DNA from: Takakia lepidozioides
Taxonomy: Eukaryota > Plantae > Bryophyta
Length of the DNA stretch: 64,000 bases
Assembly: GCA_030704615.1 (NCBI GenBank)
Contig: CM060731.1
Coordinates: forward strand, 59,520,001-59,584,000
Direction: 5' to 3'
In this document: positions 1-13,747 of the stretch, in pieces
Layout of the letters: each line of letters begins with the position of its first letter
Numbering within the stretch: position 1 is the first letter of the stretch
Translations under genes and position numbers: made by a program
Notes under the pieces: generated by a model
Seen by the model: the letters and a program-made list of their open reading frames with translations, nothing else
Told to the model about the DNA's origin: nothing
Database searches by the model: none

Positions 1-42
1 GATCAGGACCACTATGGTAGGCCTGGTGGTTATAACAATGGC

Positions 43-1330
43 ATGGAAGGGAGAGGTAATTCAAGAGGGAATTACCAAGGAAATTCCAGAGGCAACTATC
101 AGGGTAATCCAAGGGGGAATTACCAGCCCGGGAATCAGGATTACAGAAATAATCCAAGAGCAGACCAAGGGCGAGGACCCAATGGTGAAGAACTATGTTA
201 CTATTGTAATCAGCCAGGACATCGCAAGGCAGCCTGTTCATTCTGGATTATCTGGAGTAAATATCATGACAGACCAATTAAGAAAGAAGCTTGGTCTAAG
301 TAACATGAAACCAGCCCTATTTACAGTAACAATGGCAGATCAAAGGAGTGTACAGCCATTGGGATTAATAAGAGGAGTTAATACAGATACAGAAGATGAT
401 CTTTATGATCACAATAACTGTGTTGAAGATGGATGAAGTCATGGAGGCTTACTCCTTATTATTGGGACGTCCGTGGCTGAAACAGGCCAGGGTATTCCAT
501 GACTGGAATTCTCAGTTACTAACCGTGCATAATGGGATGCACGAGATACAAATTATCACAAAGAAATCTAGTAGATTACCTGCTACGAGAAGACCTCGAG
601 GGGTCAGAGAGTATGACTGGAGAGGAGGACTGGATGAGGAGCAGGAAGCTACCCTGTTTGCTGCACACCCAGAGTGGGAGCAGGTTGCAGAGATGCGACT
701 GGAAGCCTAAGTTGTTTAAGAGGTATCTGCTGTGGTGTAGTGTCAGCAACACCAATTGAAGAGGAAACCAGCAGTTACCCATCACATTTCTATGAAGAAA
801 GAGAAGGAGAAATGGAAATCCTAGAGGAACCAGCCACTGTGAGTTTACAGGATGAAGTGGTGACTGGTTGGACAATCATAGCTGATGAGCAGGTGAGGGA
901 AGTGAATGTGGGAACTAAAGAGGAACCGAGGATGGTGAAGGTAGGAGCTGATTTGGAGCCAGAATTCTTTGAAGAAGCTAAGAGTTTGTTCATCAAATAC
1001 AGAGATGTATTTGCTTGGAGCTATGAGGATCTAAAAGGGATACCACCTGAAATCTGTCAGCATAAGATTGAACTGGAACCAGGGTCAGTACCAATCAAGC
1101 AGGCAAGGTACAGAATGAATCCCAACTACGCACAGAAGGTTGGAGAAGAGATCAAGAAGTTGGCTGAGGCTAAGTTTATATACCCAATACCTTATGTCAT
1201 ACACAAGATGTATGATAACAACACCGCCATGTTACAAACCATTAACAAAGAGATGCTGGGAAGAGTCAATGCCAATAAGTTGAAGGGGTACAGTGGTATC
1301 CATGACAAACCATTGCAGCATGATTTGCAT
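43..1330 (+). pseudogene. Degenerate gag-pol remnant (zinc knuckle, protease, RT N-terminus fused to integrase C-terminus)
   Basis: ORFs 43-303, 396-710 and 674 onward, with frameshifts and stops. RT ...AKFIYPIPY runs directly into integrase-tail-like PYVIHKMYDNNTAMLQT...RVNANKLKGY. Confidence 0.8.
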
Positions 1331-1435
1331 GTTGAAACGCAAAAGCAGTCACGGGCTGCGCTAGTGATACCAACGGAGTATGGAGCACTTGTCGCTAGGC
1401 CGAGCATATATAACCAGGGCGGGCAGAACAAGCGC

Positions 1436-1735
1436 GACACAGCCTATCACAGCCCATCAAGGCATGACACAGCCTATCACAGCCCATCACGGTGCAACAC
1501 AGCCTATCATAGCCCAGCACGGCGCCACACAGACTATCACAGCCCATCACGGTGCAACACAGCCTATCATAGCCCAGCACGGCGCCACACAGACTATCAC
1601 AGTCCAGCACAGCGCAATACAGCCTATCACAACCTACCACCGCGTGTCACAGCCTATCACAGCTTACCACAGTGCAACACAGCCTATCACAGCGTACCAC
1701 AGTATGACACAGCCTGTCACAGCTCAACACAGCCT
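1436..1735 (+). repeat. About ten tandem 30-bp units built on CACAGC, read in frame as TAYHSPxRxx
   Basis: ACACAGCCTATCACAGCCCATCACGGTGCA-like units, visible in the DNA and in ORF 674-2326. Confidence 0.9.
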
Positions 1736-2439
1736 ACTAGGGTTACACAATCCATAGAATCAGTGACAGGTGGACGCAGGATAACTTCAGGGAAATGGCC
1801 GGCGGAAGAAAGGACGGAAGCCAGTTTTAGAAAGGGACACGTGGAAGTCAGGGCGCAACACACAGCTGAGAAGGAAGTGCAAGAACAGATGTCATCAAGA
1901 AAAGGACAAGAATGGCCGTCAAAATACCTACTTAGCACGTCAATTCGGATGAATGGCGGGCCCATTAATGAATACGGAAAAGGGGCAACAAAACAAACAG
2001 CAAGCACAGAAAAGCGAAATTCTTGTCACATGTTTTATCCTAGTGAACAGTCCAGCAGGAAAAGTCCACTAAAGAAAATTAAATCTAAAATCCAGTCACA
2101 GCGGTTACCGCCAATCGAAAGCCAGAAAAGGGATCAAGAAATTGGAGGGAATTTAAGCGCAAGAGTCGGCGTCATTCTAAGTAACGGGCGTCTCGACGGG
2201 ACAAACCATCAATATAGCTTTGAAGCTATGGAGGAACTAACAGACTATACGCTCGCAATATTACTTACGCAGTGGCATAGGGACGAAAGAACAGAGCGGA
2301 TCTTTTCTCTTGATCGATGCTTATAAGCCCCGCAAGCTTACAAGAAATTACCCATAGCTTTTTTGGGCAACCATACGTTTATGTTTTGTGCCCTGCAGGC
2401 ATTTCTTCAATTGTTACAGCCAAAACCTTTTTGTGGGTC

Positions 2440-5400
2440 TAGAATGAAGAGAGTGAGAGGAATGGAAGAAATCAGGGTGAAGAGCACCACAATCCTGTAG
2501 AAACAAACGATTGCTACTCCACAGGCGGTAAAGTTACTGAAGGAGCTGCGATTGGAAGGATTGCAAAGCAAAGATTGGACATTGCACCATAGACAGTACA
2601 TGTTACAATTCTTGCAGAACTTTGAGCCTAGGACAGGAGCAACAACGGTGAAGGGAGTTGAATTAGAAATTACTCCCCTATACCTACAACAATTGTTTCG
2701 ATTGCCAGCAGGTCAGGTGCATGTGGAGGAGCATAGGGCAAGACTGCAAATAGGGGACTTATTCCAAGAGGGAGTTTCTTTAAAACTCAGGGTTATGCTT
2801 GTACCAAGGCCGTGTACCCAGGGCTAAGGGAGGTAGGCCAAGTATTGAACGTTCTGTTTGCCATGAAACAGAACCAACAGTATTTGAGCAGATCCTTCAC
2901 AGAGGAAATACTCAAAGCCCTGAGAGGAGAAGAGGTAGAATGGGCGGACATAATGTACAATGCACTGGTAGAGGAGATGAAAAGATTACAAGGCACTGCC
3001 GCAAAGTTTCCTATCATAGTGTCTGGCCCAATCATTGCTCAAATAATTCTTGATTCTGGCATACTTGATGCTCGAGAAATAAAGGAGATGGGAGTGTTTG
3101 AGACTGAAACCACTGCAATGGAAGAGCAAGGCTCTTCACACAGTGAGGGTGGACTGGCACGACAACCCCAGACTAAGAGACAGAGGCGGGGAAAGACTGT
3201 AGTGGCGGATCCACTGGCTTCACGGAAACCGCATGATAATGTTTCCCAAGCTCTTGTGCAAGAAGGGGCACAGCAGCACAGAGAACTGCTATTATTGGAA
3301 GCAGGACCTTCAGAGAGGGAAGAGGAAGTTACTTGAGTATTACAGCCATCACAGCCAGATGATTGGCTTGTCACAGAGTTACCACAAGTCGTCCATGCAG
3401 TTCCACCAGAAATAATTGATTTGGAGAAAGAAGGGTTAGATATTCCCACTACAGAACAGGTGGTGGCAGAAATTGAGAAGGGGGACCTTCTCTATGAATA
3501 TTCTGGTCTGGTCAAGGAAACAGTGATTCCGGTGGTGCAACGGTTGTCCAGGGGAAACCCTGCGGTGCATATAATGCACACACCTGTGACGGAGGTACCA
3601 CAGGTAGAATGTCAAGACACTGCAGCACCGGTGACGGATGAAGTGGTTCAGGAAGAAAATGTGGTGGGGCAATGACCTGAATGGTTCGTGAGGCATCACA
3701 CTATTGAGGATCAGGGAGAACAGCAGCAAGCTCACCATGATGACCCTCAACAGGCCATGCTTATGAGTTCCATAAGCAGGACACTTAATTTGTTGGGCAC
3801 TTATGTCAAATCCCATGTTCCAACTTCCCAATTGGCAGCTTTGAGGGAGGAACTCAGGAAGGAGTCTGAGGCTCGACTTGCCACTGAGTGTGCAAACAAG
3901 GTCGATGAAGAGGTCACTCTCAAGATGCAGCAAGACTTAGAGAGTACAGAAGCGGCTTTGCAATTGGCCAAGGAACAATTGATTGAGGCAGGCCTCGCGC
4001 AAGACCAGTTGCACGAAGCACATAAGCAACAACTATACCAAATGCAGGTGAAGCATGAAAGCAAGTTGCAAGAAGTGAATGCACTACATACGGAGTTGCA
4101 GACAGTGCATGACAGGATGGCCATACAATGTGCTACACTCACAACTACGCTTGAGCACATTACATTAGAAGTTAACAGTCAAGCAGAAAGATGTACGAAG
4201 GCAGAGGCAGAGAATGTCGAGCAAGCGAAACTCATTGTTGATATGAAGAATACAATCTGTCGCAATGAGAATACCTTCAAGCAATACAGGCAGGTTGAAG
4301 CTGACCAAGAGAGGTACATCCTGGAATTGCAACAAACGCTCATGTCCAATAGAAATGAACTTTCTGTGGCTAACAAGGCTTGGAAGGAAGCCAATAATAT
4401 GGCTGCTGCATATGCGAATTTGGTTGAACCTCATGCGAAGCGCATGGAGGCTTTACAGCAGCAGATAGATGTATACAGACTCACAGAGGAGCAGACTCTC
4501 AGGGGTGCCACAAGCAACTTGGTGGATAACCACCTTATGCAGGTCTGGTTAGCACAAGGGCCGGTGGAGGGCAAAGCACCACGAAAGCTCACCCAAAGCG
4601 AGATGAATGAGCTCAGATTGCAAGTGCAGAACATTGCCACACCTACTATAGACAATGTCTATAGTAGCATAGCGGAGCTACAAGAGGATGTAGACGGCCT
4701 GCAGACTCAGGTAGAGGACCTGACATCAAATATTGACAAGAGAGCCTTTGTACCTGAGGAGCAACTGATGGCTTCTTATTTACAAGCCAGAACTTTGGCT
4801 TTTCAGTCTTCTTCGCAGGGGTGCAGGAGATGCCAATGGTACAAGAGCCAGTGCCACCAACACCACAACAAGTCACTGTGCCAGTAGCTGACCCTGTTGT
4901 TACTACAGCCACACCACAACCACCACAGCCTGAGGTATGGGGAATGCTGCTTTTAACCCACCTAAAACTCATGCTGCACGGGAGTACAGTCAGGCTATGA
5001 TTATGCCCTTCAACCAAATTCCCATTGTGTTGGATTTGGCTTGGAAGGAATTTAGTCCTCCGCAGTCGTTGGCACATTACTATCAAATCATGCGCATTTG
5101 GCTGCTAGTGGCCACTAGGACTAAAGTTCTTCCGAACAATCGACCAATTGAGGATCATCACTTTGCGCAGTACTGGCATGAGGCAAGTACCATGTTGAAG
5201 GAATTAATTGCCTTCCAAGTTGTACATGGATTCATTTATACCAAGACCAAGGAGGTAGCAAGTATTGTCATGGGCTGCGGGTTATACTACGCTGCTTGTT
5301 TTCTGGCACGTTATCACATTGAGCAGCAGAAGATGCAATCGCGCTTTCTGAGTTATTCCAGTGGGGATCATTGGGTCTTACCTTCAGTGCCACCTCATAT

Positions 5401-5587
5401 GTACCTATATGAGGCAAAAGTTATAATGCAAAGAATTCTCAGATTCGCTCATGGTTTCATGCGGCCTGGAACATTTGTCAACACAAAATTCGACCCTGAC
5501 GATATTTTCTTTAAGGGACATGAGGCATGGAAATACTTGCACAATTCACAAGTCATTGGTACCCCACTCACCTGGACAGACAAGTAG
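2440..5587 (+). pseudogene. Retrotransposon accessory (env-position) ORF region: plant-transposon-protein-like N-terminus, long coiled coil, unknown C-terminal domain; disrupted
   Basis: Sense ORFs 2552-2827, 2812-3336, 3421-3675, 3688-4887 and 4937-5587 lie between the pol tail and the PPT. They contain the motif FLQNF..VKGVELEITPLYLQQLFRLP and a heptad E/Q/L-rich segment. Confidence 0.65.
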
Positions 5588-6030
5588 CTCAGGGTCTTCA
5601 CCAATTTTGAAATTCAGCACTTACAACAAGTTTTACAGTTTAAACTTCCAGACATGGTGGGACAACATTGTATGCCCAGAGAATTCCAGTTAGAGTTCGA
5701 CCGTTAAAACACCTCAGGGGGACGAGGATTCTGATACTACTGTTTCTTCAGCGGACTCTTTTGACATGGCAGAGGACTATGCAATTCAGATGGCAGAAGA
5801 AGCGACGGGGGGTCTCCTATGCCTGAAAGATTACCTCGATATCAGCCTCCAGAGGGACTGACATATCCAGGTAGTGTTCAATCATCTCCCTCAACCAGTG
5901 ACAGGACACGGGCTCGCACACGGAGTCCTTCACAAGACTCTAACCGTCAGAAGGGTGCTCGCTCACAAAGGGTTACAAATCCCAAACAGTAAACCGTGAG
6001 GACACGGCTTTTTGAGAGGGGAAGGGGTAA

Positions 6031-6876
6031 TGTTAGAGGACTATCTGGGACTTAGGCACTTTTACGGGATCTGTGAGGTACCCTTAATTTTTGCATAGAC
6101 TGAGACCAACAGGAGCCTTAGGGGTGACAGCAGCGCACTTTGGGGGGGGGGGGGGGGGGGTTTACACAGCCCGTCACAGCCAACACAGCTCGTCACAGTC
6201 CGACACAGTCGACACAGCCGCCACAGCCAGACACAGCCGTCACAACCAATCATAGCCGACACCGTCGTCACAGCCAATCACAGCCCGACACAGCCCGTCA
6301 CAGCTCGACACAACCGCCACAGCTTCGCACAGCCCTACACAGCCCAACACAGCCAGTCACAGTCCGCCACAGCCTTACACAGCCAGTCACAGCTTCGCAC
6401 AGCTGGGGAACAGTTATCAATGGCAGGGAACGACTGTGAGGGAACGACATCTGCAAAAGGAACGTGTACTACAGGGATGACGGTTAGCCAAGAAAGCGGT
6501 TAGAACAGCTTGTAGGGGGATAAAGTCAAGAACGGGGACTTCTGGGAAATCACTTCTGGAAGGACTTCCGGGGGGGGGATCACAACTTGGAAATGAAGCG
6601 AAGAGCGCATCTCTGAGCAGAAAGAGGGAGAGCATGGAGTAGGAGGAGAACGATCTGTTGATACTTGCTGAATGCAAGAAGTAGAGTTGTAATGTAGAGC
6701 AGAATAGAGACACCATGGCTTCAGCCTGATACTTGATAGATATTAATCTGATACATACTTCATACTCACACTGTATAGAGAGACCTGAGTGAAGTTGTGG
6801 AATGAATGGATGGAACTTGATAGATTTCTGAAGCAAACTGATACTTAATTGCAGATAGTAAGGTAACTCGCTAACA
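6031..6876 (+). repeat. 3' LTR with G19 run (6142-6160) and CACAGC array (6165-6403)
   Basis: Preceded by the PPT GAGAGGGGAAGGGG; TGTTAG...CTAACA terminal inverted repeat. Confidence 0.7.
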
Positions 6877-8293
6877 TGAATGCGGGAAGGAGTACAAATA
6901 GGAAACACCCCCCTGATACACTAGCTGTAGGTCATGACTGATTGTTCTGAGCGGGCTGAGTGCTTAGAGATTTCCAACTCTTCTATCTTGGAGTTCCCAC
7001 CTCGGATAACGAAGGGATGGGTGAGTAAAAGCCGCGCGACACCCCCATGGACATCTGCCTCAAATCCAGCTTTGATTATGCCTCGGTGGACCTGCCTGCC
7101 CTATTCCAGGTCTACTGGGCTAGCACATGCATCTGCAAGTATGCTCAGGAAGGTGATCTTGCTTGGCTTTGCACCTTCTTGTTGCATTTGCTGACCTGAC
7201 CCCCAAATATGTTAATATTCTATAGTGACATGAGGCACCCACTCTTCTTCTCTTCTCTCACACCAGTAAATAGTGGCTTGACCTGCCCCGGTTTGACCAA
7301 TAGTGATTTGAACATAGCTAGTACCTCCACCTTCTTTGGCCATTTCAGCCTTTGCATTCCAGCGGGCTGCAATAAATGGTCTTGAGCAAGACCCATTCCC
7401 TTTGCTGCAGGCCCTCTTGACCCAAATTTGCTGCTCTCAACAGTAGGCCGTTCCCCTTTGCAATTGCATTGTTGGTGGCAAACTGTGGCACACCCTCTGG
7501 TCACCATGTCTTCTTGCTCCCTTACTCAGTTTAGTGCTCTCATTAATCTTCAAAAGTGTAAGTTGGTTTCTCATTGTTCCCTCACTCTCTCCCTTGGCAG
7601 GATGCCTGTCCAATTCGTCGTCTATGCAACTCTGGCTGACTCCTGGTTGACGTTCTTTCTTGTTTTCGACATGCAATGGCACATCCTCCGATCCCAAAGA
7701 AGGTACTTCAATCACTTCTGTCAGCAATTCCTCCTCACTTTCTCTCCCCTCTTCATTAGGTTGATCAATTTCGAAACTGAAGACTTGGGTTAGATCTGTG
7801 CCTTCCACCTGTCCTTGCTTCATCCAACCCAATTGCATGTTCGGTTCAGGTAATTTGTACAAGTAGGGAGGCATCATACATGTCCCACAAAAATCTTATA
7901 AAAGCGAAAGTAGGTACATTGATCTCAAATTGAGGAGGAAGCCTATTGAGGAGTTGAACCTCAAATTCCCTTGCGGGAATTGCTGCCCAATGCAGCCAAT
8001 AGACTGTCTACAGCCCACAGAATTAGTACTTCACACAGGTATGATAACACAAGGTATGATAACACTTAGAACTGGCAGACATGTACATTTTATGACAATA
8101 GTACACAGAAAGAGTCCACTATGTTCAGTCTTATTGTCTCATAAATATTGCAGTCATCATTAGCAATACTTAACTGCTTCATAATGGCAAGAACGGACTG
8201 CACGACCAAAATGCTATGATGATGACCAGAAGGCTCATAATGTCGAACTATGATGTTGAACCTATGTGGATAAAGGGAGTTCAGAAACACATC

Positions 8294-11200
8294 CTAAAAT
8301 CCATCATCAGGACCATCCAATTGTTCTATCGAACTCCTAATTTGTGACAGGGTGTCACCACCAAGCTCATACACTACTCTGTTCCCTTTCACCCTATGCA
8401 ACCCTGGGGGCATCTGAAACATTGCAGCCCTGATGAGATGAGAGAACACATAGGCATGAGGCTTATCCTCTAGCAGAATGTAATATTTCTGCCCATTCCC
8501 ACTCGGCTCATACCACCTCCCTCGGACAACATGTTCACCTGCATGCCACTTGCAACCCCAATGGTCCTCAAAGTCCGCTTGCACAATGCGCAAGGGCATG
8601 TCACACTGGATAATGTAGAAATCGACTCTCCAAACATTATCAGGTTCAGCATTTACGACAAAGCTATCCCCAACCTGAACAATGGCTGCAAGGGATTGGC
8701 CATCCCCACCAAACTCAGCCTCATCATCCGAAGCTTCAAGGATAGTCTGGCGCACACTTACAAGGTCTGTTGGTTGAAGCTTCACAGGTTTTCAGGGATT
8801 GACATGTGAGGCATTCTGACATTTCAGGAAATGTCCATCCAAACATGAAGCGCAAAAGCAAGACATGTCTCTTGTCTTTATTTTAGTAGGATTGATGAGG
8901 TCACTTGCATAAACACTATGCATGCTCCGACTTCCCCTTGACAGTGCTGCAGTCCCACCGCTTTCCCCGCTCAACATCATCGCGACCAACATCCCAAAAA
9001 ACCCTGCGAACTTCCGACCTTGCCTTTGAGTAGGAAGAGGGGGGCCTACCTCCTCCCAATCTCATCCTTAGGAATGTAACAGCATCGGTAGCATTCTGAA
9101 GTTTCACACCATGTGGGACAAGCTGTTCGGCACGGAGCTGGCGCTTCACCACGGCACCAGCTCTATCATGCTCTCCCTTTCCATGGCCAGACCCAAAAAA
9201 ATTCCACATCATAGGTTTTCTGGTCATCACATCGTATCTAGCGGCATAATACCAACACCTAGCTCCCTTGAACTGGGCTGCACAGCCATCAGACCATACA
9301 ATGTGTTGTCCCCACTCGACACCAATCTCAAGCAAGTGATTGTAGTGTAGATTGAAGCAGTGCTGGACAAAGAGGGTGTCATGGGTTCCATCATCGGACA
9401 CGTAGTAGTGAATCTCTTTGATGAGACGAGTGCTTGGTTCTTCAGGGTCTGTTAGGGGATTTTTCCAGTACCTGATGTGTACAAAGATGGCAATCTGAAA
9501 ACTGAACCAATGTTGCGATTGCACCTCATTTTGATCCTGGAAAGAGTAGTTTTCAGCGAAGTCGACAATTGAAAGAATTGCTCCATCTGGCAAGTTCTTC
9601 AGGCAATCCTTGAATTGCTGGTCCTGCCAATGGGCAGTGAAGTTGTGCTTGATGAAGCTCTCAAGCTTTGGCCTTAGGTATGCCAAAAGTTCAGATGGGC
9701 TGGTTTTTTTCCAGAACAGTCTCAGTGCATACCGAGGCTCACCCTCCTTGGTCTTTCCTGAGAGCTCCTTCCCAAAACACCTCCACTCAACCATGGTACC
9801 TCCCTATCATCTAACTCCTTTGGACAGACCTCAATTTCTGAACTCCACATAGGTCACACTCACCTCTCAAACACTTCTTTTTGTGCCACTCATCTGAATC
9901 CCTCTTAGGGCAAACAACTGATTCCCACATGGAGGTCACACCTTGGAATTGGAAAGACAAGGCATTGCAACCTCCTTGTGAGCGATGGCACATAGCCTTA
10001 CAAACACATGCACAAGTCATATCGTGCACACCTTTGGTCGTGGTTCTCATGTTGTTGTAGCCGACCTTAAGCTATCCATTTCAACGTGAGCCTTGCAACA
10101 ACATACATTTCTGTCCTTCAATCTTTTCACAACGTAGGGTCTCAATCTCTCAAACACCCGCTGCCTGATCTTCACTGTAGGGTTTTTCTGCTGAAATCGC
10201 AAAAAGAACTCAGTCTGCCAACCAGCAGCTGCTCCATGTCAGAAAACCCACAAAGAAGGCCGGGGACAAATTGTAAGCGCAACAACATTACCAGAATAGC
10301 ACAGACCAATGGGGAAACTGTACTGACAAGACTGTAAGGACATTCAAGATGGATGCTGTGAAGGGAAATGTTTGCTCTGTAGGGCAAAATACAAAAACAT
10401 GACAAGTCTCCTCCGACACACAGAGACAACAATGAAAATAAAGAAATGGTTAAGCCAACATCAGCATGATGCTCTGCGTGACCTCTCAAAAGCAACCTCT
10501 CAGACTGAAATGAAGACAAAGTACGATGGTAGGGATGTTGATAGTAGTGAGTCTAGTAAAGAGTACAGATCTGATGGAATGACGAATGTCCTTGACTAGG
10601 ATCAATGAGACAATGAAAGCATCTGAAGGACTTAAAGAGAAGGACATGACAGAAGGGTATGTTAAGCACTAAGAAAATGACTGTGAAGTGACCTTAGGAT
10701 GCATTGTTGAAAGGAAGGTATTGTGTTGCAGGACAAAGACACAATTAAGTATATGGATTGGAAGGATAATAGTAGACCAATGACTATGCTTGCAGGACCT
10801 CAACATCTCAAGAACTACAGGACTCATGAATTACTAAATAAGTAAAGGATATGACAATTGAATGACTCAAAAAAAAGGACTAAACAAATCAAAAGCATAC
10901 GTGAAAGGCTCAGTAGTCAAAGGACCAAAGTATGGCAAAAAGGTTGTCAAACATTAATGAAACATGGAAATTGACATCATTGTCCAGAATGACTTGAATA
11001 CTTCAAGGGCTATAACATGCAGGAAAGGATAAATCAATGTGCAAGTCATGCATTTAGACTGGACAACCAAACATCCACTGACAGTTTACATGTAATCAGC
11101 ACTCCTGCTCCAAAACCAGTACATTGCAACTCTTCCACTAATAATGAGCACAAAGGAGTTAAGGCTCTTAGGCAGCGAGCAGGTTGTGGACATACCTCTT

Positions 11201-12386
11201 CATATCCTCACAAGGATCTACAACACACTTTCAATGTTAAGTTCGACTACATAAACACCCTCATGAGGATTCATATCGCTGCTTCATACAAGATACAATA
11301 CATACTAACAACATATGTGACTAATCTAACAGTATAGTAGATGGACTCATGGCAATGACAATTGCAAAAAAGAGGGTGGGGCATCATAGCAATAGGGCCT
11401 AGGAATCCATGCAATTCAATACAAAGTGATTGAACTATGACTAAGGTATAGTCCATGCACTCTCACAGTCATGTCCTGTATATCGACACAAATGTAGTAA
11501 ATGAGCAGAGAATATTACCAAAAAAAACAGTGAATCATATTTGAAAGGCCTCTTAACAGATTTCAGTCATGAGAAACAGCACTTCAGTCTCATTTTCTCT
11601 TCTGTGAAAACTAGAACTGAAAAAGTGATGATGTATATAAGGTCAGGATGAGCCACAATAGTCTCCATAAGCCAGTGAGTGGCATGAGTTGTATAAACGT
11701 TGGGCCCAATGCGTTGTCGTGTTACATCCATCTTGTGTGGAGATACGCGGGTCTCAACTGTCCACCAATCCACCACAATGTTTTGAATTTCAGAACTAAT
11801 ACTGTCACATCGTTGAGCCCTGCGTGCATCTGCCCACAATGCCGAACCATACTCGCCTAATACTTTTGCAACAGCAGATTTGCACCGAATGTTGACACCA
11901 GCAACCATAGCAAGCACACTATTACGGGCTGCTAGGTTATCCTCTGACGCATTCTTAACACAGTTGCATTGCAACATTCAGGTTAGTCATTTAAGCTTTG
12001 TTCATATCCGCTTTCTTACGGTTTCTGACATCATCTGGCAATACTTGTTTAAACTTAGGATGATACAAGGCTCTAGCAACCACGCACCTCGCACAACCCT
12101 CATCACGCACCCGCTCAAACTGATCTAGACTTCTCACAATATTTGCAGCAAGCTTCCTTTCGTACCTCTCTATGACTTTAGGGATTTGCAGACATGACTC
12201 CAGACTTGACACTACAAGACCTGTCCTTTTCTGTATCCTCCACTCCCTAATCCGTTGCGCATTCCTAGTTTTTCTTTGTTTTTCATCAGAGGCTTGGGCT
12301 GCTAAGTTCTCTCTGGTGTTTTGGCCAAGGTAATTTGATCTTCCCCTACTATTCTTTTTGTTTGTCATTCTGCTATGCGGCAACAA
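8294..12386 (-). mobile_element. Sola2-like DDD transposase gene, intron-containing and frameshifted
   Basis: ORF 8916-9794 has DFAENY...QNEVQSQHW, SDGCAAQFK and WNFFGSGHGKGEHD. An upstream exon at about 10215-10070 reads FERLRPYVV...RNVCCCKAH, there is a C-terminal SCFCASC, and N-terminal pieces lie at 11567-12386. Confidence 0.7.
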
Positions 12387-12701
12387 AAATCACCCTAAGT
12401 AAAAACCTGCAGATAGGGCTCTAACAAATGGAAACCTACAAATTCATGGGAATGTATACCCTGAACATGCAACCACACACATACTACACAAAACAAGAGA
12501 TTCGCCTAAACCCTTTAGTAGACAGGCTCATATGATGACATCAGAGGAACTGAGGGCCTGCACAACAAACAAAAATTGACCAATGTATAGAAAATCTTTT
12601 GTAATCATGGCACTCAATGTGGGAGCAAAATGACAGGGTGCTACGTCAATAAACCTGTCAATTCTGGATAACCCTAAACACAGTGCAAACGATTCAAAGC
12701 A

Positions 12702-13747
12702 CTAAGTCACCTCGGCAATGTCGACATGTGATTCCTCACTAAGAATCCACCATCCACCAATGCAAATATAGGTGGTCAGTTGAGATGACGTCCGTTGCAA
12801 GCACAAAGTATAATCCATGAACGTCCCATCCATCATCTCTGGGGTCATCTCAACTACCTTAACTCCCCAAGGATGAGTGCTGCGTGGAACTTTAAACACA
12901 ATGAGGTCTCCCACAAGAGGCCTATCAATGCAATACCACGGAAGGGGTTCCCATTCAAAATGAGTAAATGGGACATGGATGGCACAAAGTAGGGGCTTGA
13001 ATGAGGGGTGCTGACACTCAAATTACTAAAAAGCTTGGGACAGCTGTAGACCCTGACAGTCTCGGGTAGGGAATAGGTTACGCATAGAGATGGTACAACG
13101 CAGATGGCTCTGTCGCAAGGAAAATCCACAATAAGTGTTTGACTTAGCGAATCTGCCCACCGAACCATAATTTTCTCCGTCTTAGGTTCCACTGCGTTCA
13201 CTTCATGCAAGATCGCTCGCAGATTCTTGCATGTAGGCAACACATTTTAGTTACACAAAGAAGGGAATTGGGTCAGTTCACATACCTCCCTCTGATAGAT
13301 TGCAGGTGGAGACGAATAACAGATTCAGGGCTCAGACAAAATGACATGTATTGCATGTGGTTGCGATTATCCCCATTGTGGTGGAGAAACACACCCACTA
13401 TGTTACGAATAGAAGTATACAAATGTCCATTCACTAATGGAGTGCGCACCTCCTGACATTCTAGGTTGGACATTAAACAGTCATGACAACTGATAACGTC
13501 TCCACCACTCTCGTGTAGGGATATGTAGGTTAGAATACTTCACTTTTCGCTCGCTCAGTACGACCAATGCGGAGATGTTTCAAACACCACCTCTGGACTG
13601 CAGCTGTATCTTGGCATGTCTCCCAGGAGCTGACAGTGAAGCCTCAAAATTAGCACTGAAGATTTCCAAAGTAGAAGTTACAATGCAGGGACTCTATGGA
13701 ACCCTAAACGCCAACCACGTTGAATTCCTCCTTTCGCATGGGGTAAA
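12702..13747 (-). pseudogene. Unknown degenerate ORF beside the Sola-like transposase, continuing across the chromovirus insertion to about 20853
   Basis: ORF pieces 12854-13243 and 13273-13473. Removing 13748-20636 joins ...FSPGPGVY (20853-20637) to PCERRNSTWLAFRVP. Confidence 0.4.

Larger units (their letters stand above)
1..6876 (+). mobile_element. Ty3/Gypsy LTR retrotransposon (Athila/Tat-like), 5' part outside window, internally deleted, with extra 3' ORFs and 3' LTR
   Basis: In order: gag zinc knuckle CYYCNQPGHRKAAC, protease remnants (SGVNIM, LLGRPWL), RT start (YEDLKGIPPEICQHKIEL), integrase tail, long extra ORFs, PPT at 6014-6027, then an LTR starting TGTTAG at 6031. The LTR end is CTAACA at 6876, or alternatively CTGATACA at 6920. 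Confidence 0.85.

Noticed and set aside
674-2326. 550-aa ORF as a real protein
   Set aside because: Chimera of a deletion junction and read-through across a tandem repeat.
7000-7900. ORFs 7437-7877 and neighbours as a gene
   Set aside because: No recognisable motifs; probably TE-internal debris.
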